From Chiloscyllium plagiosum (Eukaryota), in NCBI RefSeq assembly GCF_004010195.1, contig NC_057750.1, positions 7,223,668-7,245,136 of the forward strand: a DNA stretch of 21,469 bases, written 5' to 3'. The notes under the pieces were generated by a model. That model was given only the letters and a program-made list of their open reading frames with translations. It made no database searches and was not told the origin of the DNA. Below are positions 18,585 to 21,469 of the stretch, piece after piece. Position 1 is the stretch's first letter; the number at the start of each line of letters is the position of its first letter. Position numbers and translations under genes: made by a program.

Positions 18585-18700
18585 CCTGTCGTTGGTCATT
18601 GCTAAAAACCCACTGTGTTCACTAATGTCCCTTAAAGGAGGGAAAGTCTGCCATCCTTACCCAGTCAGGCGTACACGTGACTCCAGGCCCACACAAATGG
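18585..18700 (+). mobile_element. SINE type B body fragment
   Basis: aaaaaccc...gttcactaatgtccc...tctgccatccttac...tacacgtgactccaggcccac. Confidence 0.8.
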
Positions 18701-18715
18701 GGATGAATTTTATAT

Positions 18716-19016
18716 AAAATCCTTACAGTATGGAAGCAGGCCTTTTGGCTCATTGAGTCCGCACCGACCCTCCGAAGAGCATCCCACCCAATCCCCGTAG
18801 CCCTGCGTTTCCCATGACGAACCCACCCAGCCAACATATCCCTGGACACCATGGGCTATTATCCCATTGCCAATCCACCCTGACCTGCACATCTTTAGAC
18901 TGTAGTGGGGGGAAACCGGAGCACCCGGAGGAAACCCACGCAGACACGGGGAGAATGTGCAAACTCCACGCAGACAGTTGCCCGAGGGTAGAATCGAACC
19001 CGGGTCCCTGGTGCTG
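18716..19016 (-). mobile_element. HE1-type V-SINE
   Basis: Reverse-complement V-domain ggagaatgtgcaaactccacgcagacag and B box gaatcgaacccgggtccctgg. Confidence 0.92.
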
Positions 19017-19170
19017 GAAAATGGGACTAGAATAATTCGGTGGTTGATTTTGATTTTTCACTGGCAGACTCAATGCGTCAAAGAACCTTTCTCTAATGAC
19101 TCTATGAGTTATGGTCTTGCATTTGATTGCTAGCTGGGAGCCCCTTGGGTGGAAAGGAAACAATTATTCT

Positions 19171-19490
19171 GGCCCTGGCACAGTGGCTCAGTGTTTAGCA
19201 CTGCTGCCTCACAGCGCCAGGGACCTGGGTTCGAGTCCAGCCTTGGGCGACTGTCCCCGTGTCTGCGTGGGTTTCCTCCCAAGATCCAAAGATGTGCAGG
19301 TTAGGGTGAATTAGCCGTGCTAAATCGCCCCATAGCGTTCAGGGATGTGTAGGTTAGGTGCATTAGTCAGGGGTAAATGTAGAGTAATAGGGTAAGGGAA
19401 TGGGTCTGGGTGGGTTACTCTTCGGGGGAGGTTGCTGTGGACTTGTTGGGCTGAAGGGCCTGTTTCCACACTGTAGGGATTCGATGACTC
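19171..19490 (+). mobile_element. HE1-type V-SINE with partial V-domain deletion
   Basis: Head ggcacagtggctcagtgtttagcactgctgcctcacagcgccagggacctgggttcgagtcc; HER1 tail. Confidence 0.92.
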
Positions 19491-19769
19491 CATCAACATA
19501 TAGAGATTGGCTCAGAGTTAGCCTCAACCAGTGGTGGAATAGTGGACTCACTCTCCACTGGGAGGTAAGGAGGGGAGCTATGTGCCGAGGTTTCAGGGGG
19601 TTGGATGGTTCATAGAAGCAGTAGGGAACAACCTGTGAAAGCAGTCACCTATAGCTTCCTCATAGTTGAGAAGATATTTACAATGCAACCTTCCGCACAT
19701 CTTACACTCGTGGCAGACGGTTTAACCAAGGTGAACAACATTGTTCTCTCCACTTGCTCTCAATTTTAT

Positions 19770-20008
19770 GACAATCGTACGTCATTCGGATTTGCAAAAA
19801 CACTCAGGCTGCAAGTTTCCTGTTGCAGTGACAGTTGTAGTCTGTGTGGTCTGGCCGAATCATTCTGTACCACAATCTCTCTCACACACACACACACACA
19901 CGGAGACAGACACAGAGCAGAGTTCAGCTGCTGTCATTTTCACAATCTCCAACATCAATTAGCAAAAAAGGTTGAACTACTGGAGTAACACCAGTCTCAG
20001 AGGTAAGT
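19770..20008 (+). promoter_or_regulatory. Candidate promoter and non-coding first exon ending at a splice donor
   Basis: CRE-like 19778-19784, ETS-like 19815-19823, RUNX 19845-19850 and 19869-19874; GAG|GTAAGT donor at 20002/20003. Confidence 0.35.
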
Positions 20009-20149
20009 GCTCTAACAATGACAAACGTTTTTTTTCCCATTTGTACTCAGTAAGTTGACTGTTGTGTAGCGTTTCTGGACTCTTCTAACATAGAAATAAA
20101 TTGAAGCATTTTCCATTACTGATTTAGTTGTAACAATGGTTTATAATTT

Positions 20150-20775
20150 TGGCAATAGTTCTTGGGAGTTAACTTAGGATATGTTTAGGTTAGGTTAAGT
20201 TGGTAATGCTAAGTTGGGTTAGTTTCCACAGTATTGTTTGTTAAGTTGTTTTGTTTTAGGTTGGGTACACGCAGGGTTCGGGCAGTCTGGGTTGGTTACG
20301 CTGGCTGGTATTGGGATACATCAGATAAGGAATAGTTTGGGTTGAGATAGGTCAGTTTGGGTTAGACTGGGTCTGATTGCAATGGATTACGGTGTACAAA
20401 GTTGTGTTGGGTTTAGGTTGGTTTGGAGCACATTTCATTGAGTTATTTGGAGTTGCGTTGAGTTGGGTGGATTTATTGGAGTCGAGAGTGTGGTGCTGGA
20501 AAAGTACGGCAGGTCAGGCAGCATCCGAGGAGCAGGAGAATCAACGTTTCATAAGGATGAGGGGCTTATGTCCGAAACATCGACTCTCCTGCTTGTCGAA
20601 TATTATCTGACCTGCTGTGCTTTTCCAGCGCCACACTCTCACCTCTGATCTCCAGCATCCGCAGTACTCACTTTCTCCTCCTGGATTTATTGGACCATGT
20701 TGTCTTGCGTTGAGATGGTTCAGTCAGTTTTGGGTTTGGTAATGGGTTGGATTGCATTCGGGTGGTTTAGGATGA
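20150..20775. repeat. GT-rich degenerate pentamer tract (ggttr/agttg-like)
   Basis: ttaggttaggttaagttgg, gggttggtt, gggtttaggttggtttgg. Confidence 0.7.
20481..20681 (+). mobile_element. PLE family A hairpin insert (older subfamily)
   Basis: Inverted arms meeting at ~20551-20556; tail tgatctccagcatccgcagtactcactttctcctc; TSD tggatttattgga at 20468-20480 and 20682-20694. Confidence 0.85.
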
Positions 20776-21146
20776 AGATTATAAACTGGGCAGACATTGG
20801 TTTTGAATTGCTTTAACAAGCAGCTAGTACAGACACAGTGGGCTGAATGGCCTTCTTTGCTGTAAACCTCCTGTTGTTTCGTGGAAGATTGCAACTGAAT
20901 TTTAAATATTAAAATATAGATATTTTAAATGTTCGAACCACAATTGTCTTAAAATTGTTAAATGCAAGTAAGGAGCCGAAACCGTGGATTGAGCCCAGTC
21001 TTTGGATTGTGACAGAAGTTCGAAGGAACAGCAGCAACAAAGTAGGGAGTGAGAGAGAGAGAGAGAGAGAAGCAATAAAGTTTCCAATTAAATGGAAAGA
21101 AAGAATTTGCATTGATTTCGCAGTTACCCAAAGCACTTGTAGCCAA

Positions 21147-21384
21147 TTACAGGGTGACCTGGACAGGTTAGGTGAGTGGTCAGATGCATGGCAGATGCAG
21201 TTTAATGTGCATAAATGTATGGTTATCCAGTTTGGTGGCAAGAACAGGAAGGCAGATTATTACCTAAATGGAATCGAGTTAGGTAAAGGGGCAGTACAAA
21301 GAGATCTGGGTGTTCTTGTACGCCAGCCAATGCAGGTAAGCATGCAGGTACAGCAGGTAGTGAAGAAGGCTAATAGCATGCTGG
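21147..21384 (+). mobile_element. CR1 RT fragment
   Basis: LQGDLDRLGEWSDAWQMQFNVHKCMVIQFGGKNRKADYYLNG...QRDLGVLV...VKKANSML. Confidence 0.9.
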
Positions 21385-21469
21385 AAATGTGTTGCTGGAA
21401 AAGTGCAGCAGGCCAGGCAGCATACAAGGAGCATGAGAATCGACGTTTCGGGCAGAGCCCCTTCTTCAG
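21380..21469 (-). mobile_element. PLE family A arm with hammerhead motif (21437-21469), runs off the window
   Basis: Starts gctggaaatgtgttgctggaaaag like 896 and 5537; minus strand CTGAAGA-ag-GGGC tct GCCC-GAAA-cGTC. Confidence 0.82.

Noticed and set aside
19605..19988. 127-aa plus-strand ORF as a gene
   Set aside because: No recognisable domain, and it crosses a (CA)n repeat
20150..20775. Interstitial telomeric repeat
   Set aside because: Degenerate pentamers, no TTAGGG array
896..21469. PLE targeting of other retroelements
   Set aside because: Most of the window is repeat, so nesting is expected without targeting
1..21469. CRISPR array or prokaryotic system
   Set aside because: No regularly spaced repeats or operons; the sequence is vertebrate repeat-rich DNA

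Overview
Vertebrate nuclear DNA, mostly retroelements, with two assembly gaps (5754-6317, 17094-17487). HE1-type V-SINEs paired with HER1/CR1 LINE tails indicate an elasmobranch (shark/ray). I found no intact host protein-coding gene; the long ORFs in the track are gap, microsatellite or decayed-RT artefacts. Content: many nested CR1/HER1 fragments, a second CR1-group LINE, L2 remnants, four tRNA-derived SINE types (HE1, a Deu-domain SINE, two unnamed) and Penelope-like elements (PLEs). The PLEs include two decayed GIY-YIG-coding 3' ends (Neptune-like 7179-8345, Penelope/Poseidon-like 9434-10040) and eight short terminal-repeat-derived inserts. The most interesting signal is that four distinct PLE terminal-repeat families each carry a minimal type-I hammerhead ribozyme motif (CUGANGA-helix II-GAAA-palindromic helix III-NUH). 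Several copies are TSD-flanked hairpins with a fixed ~37-nt tail, and their inversion or truncation points cluster at the ribozyme. Unique islands between repeats hold an RFX X-box palindrome, RUNX/ETS/CRE/NF-kB/ISRE-like clusters and splice signals that suggest a promoter with non-coding exons (inference only). Coordinates were read by eye, so repeat boundaries may be off by 5-20 nt.
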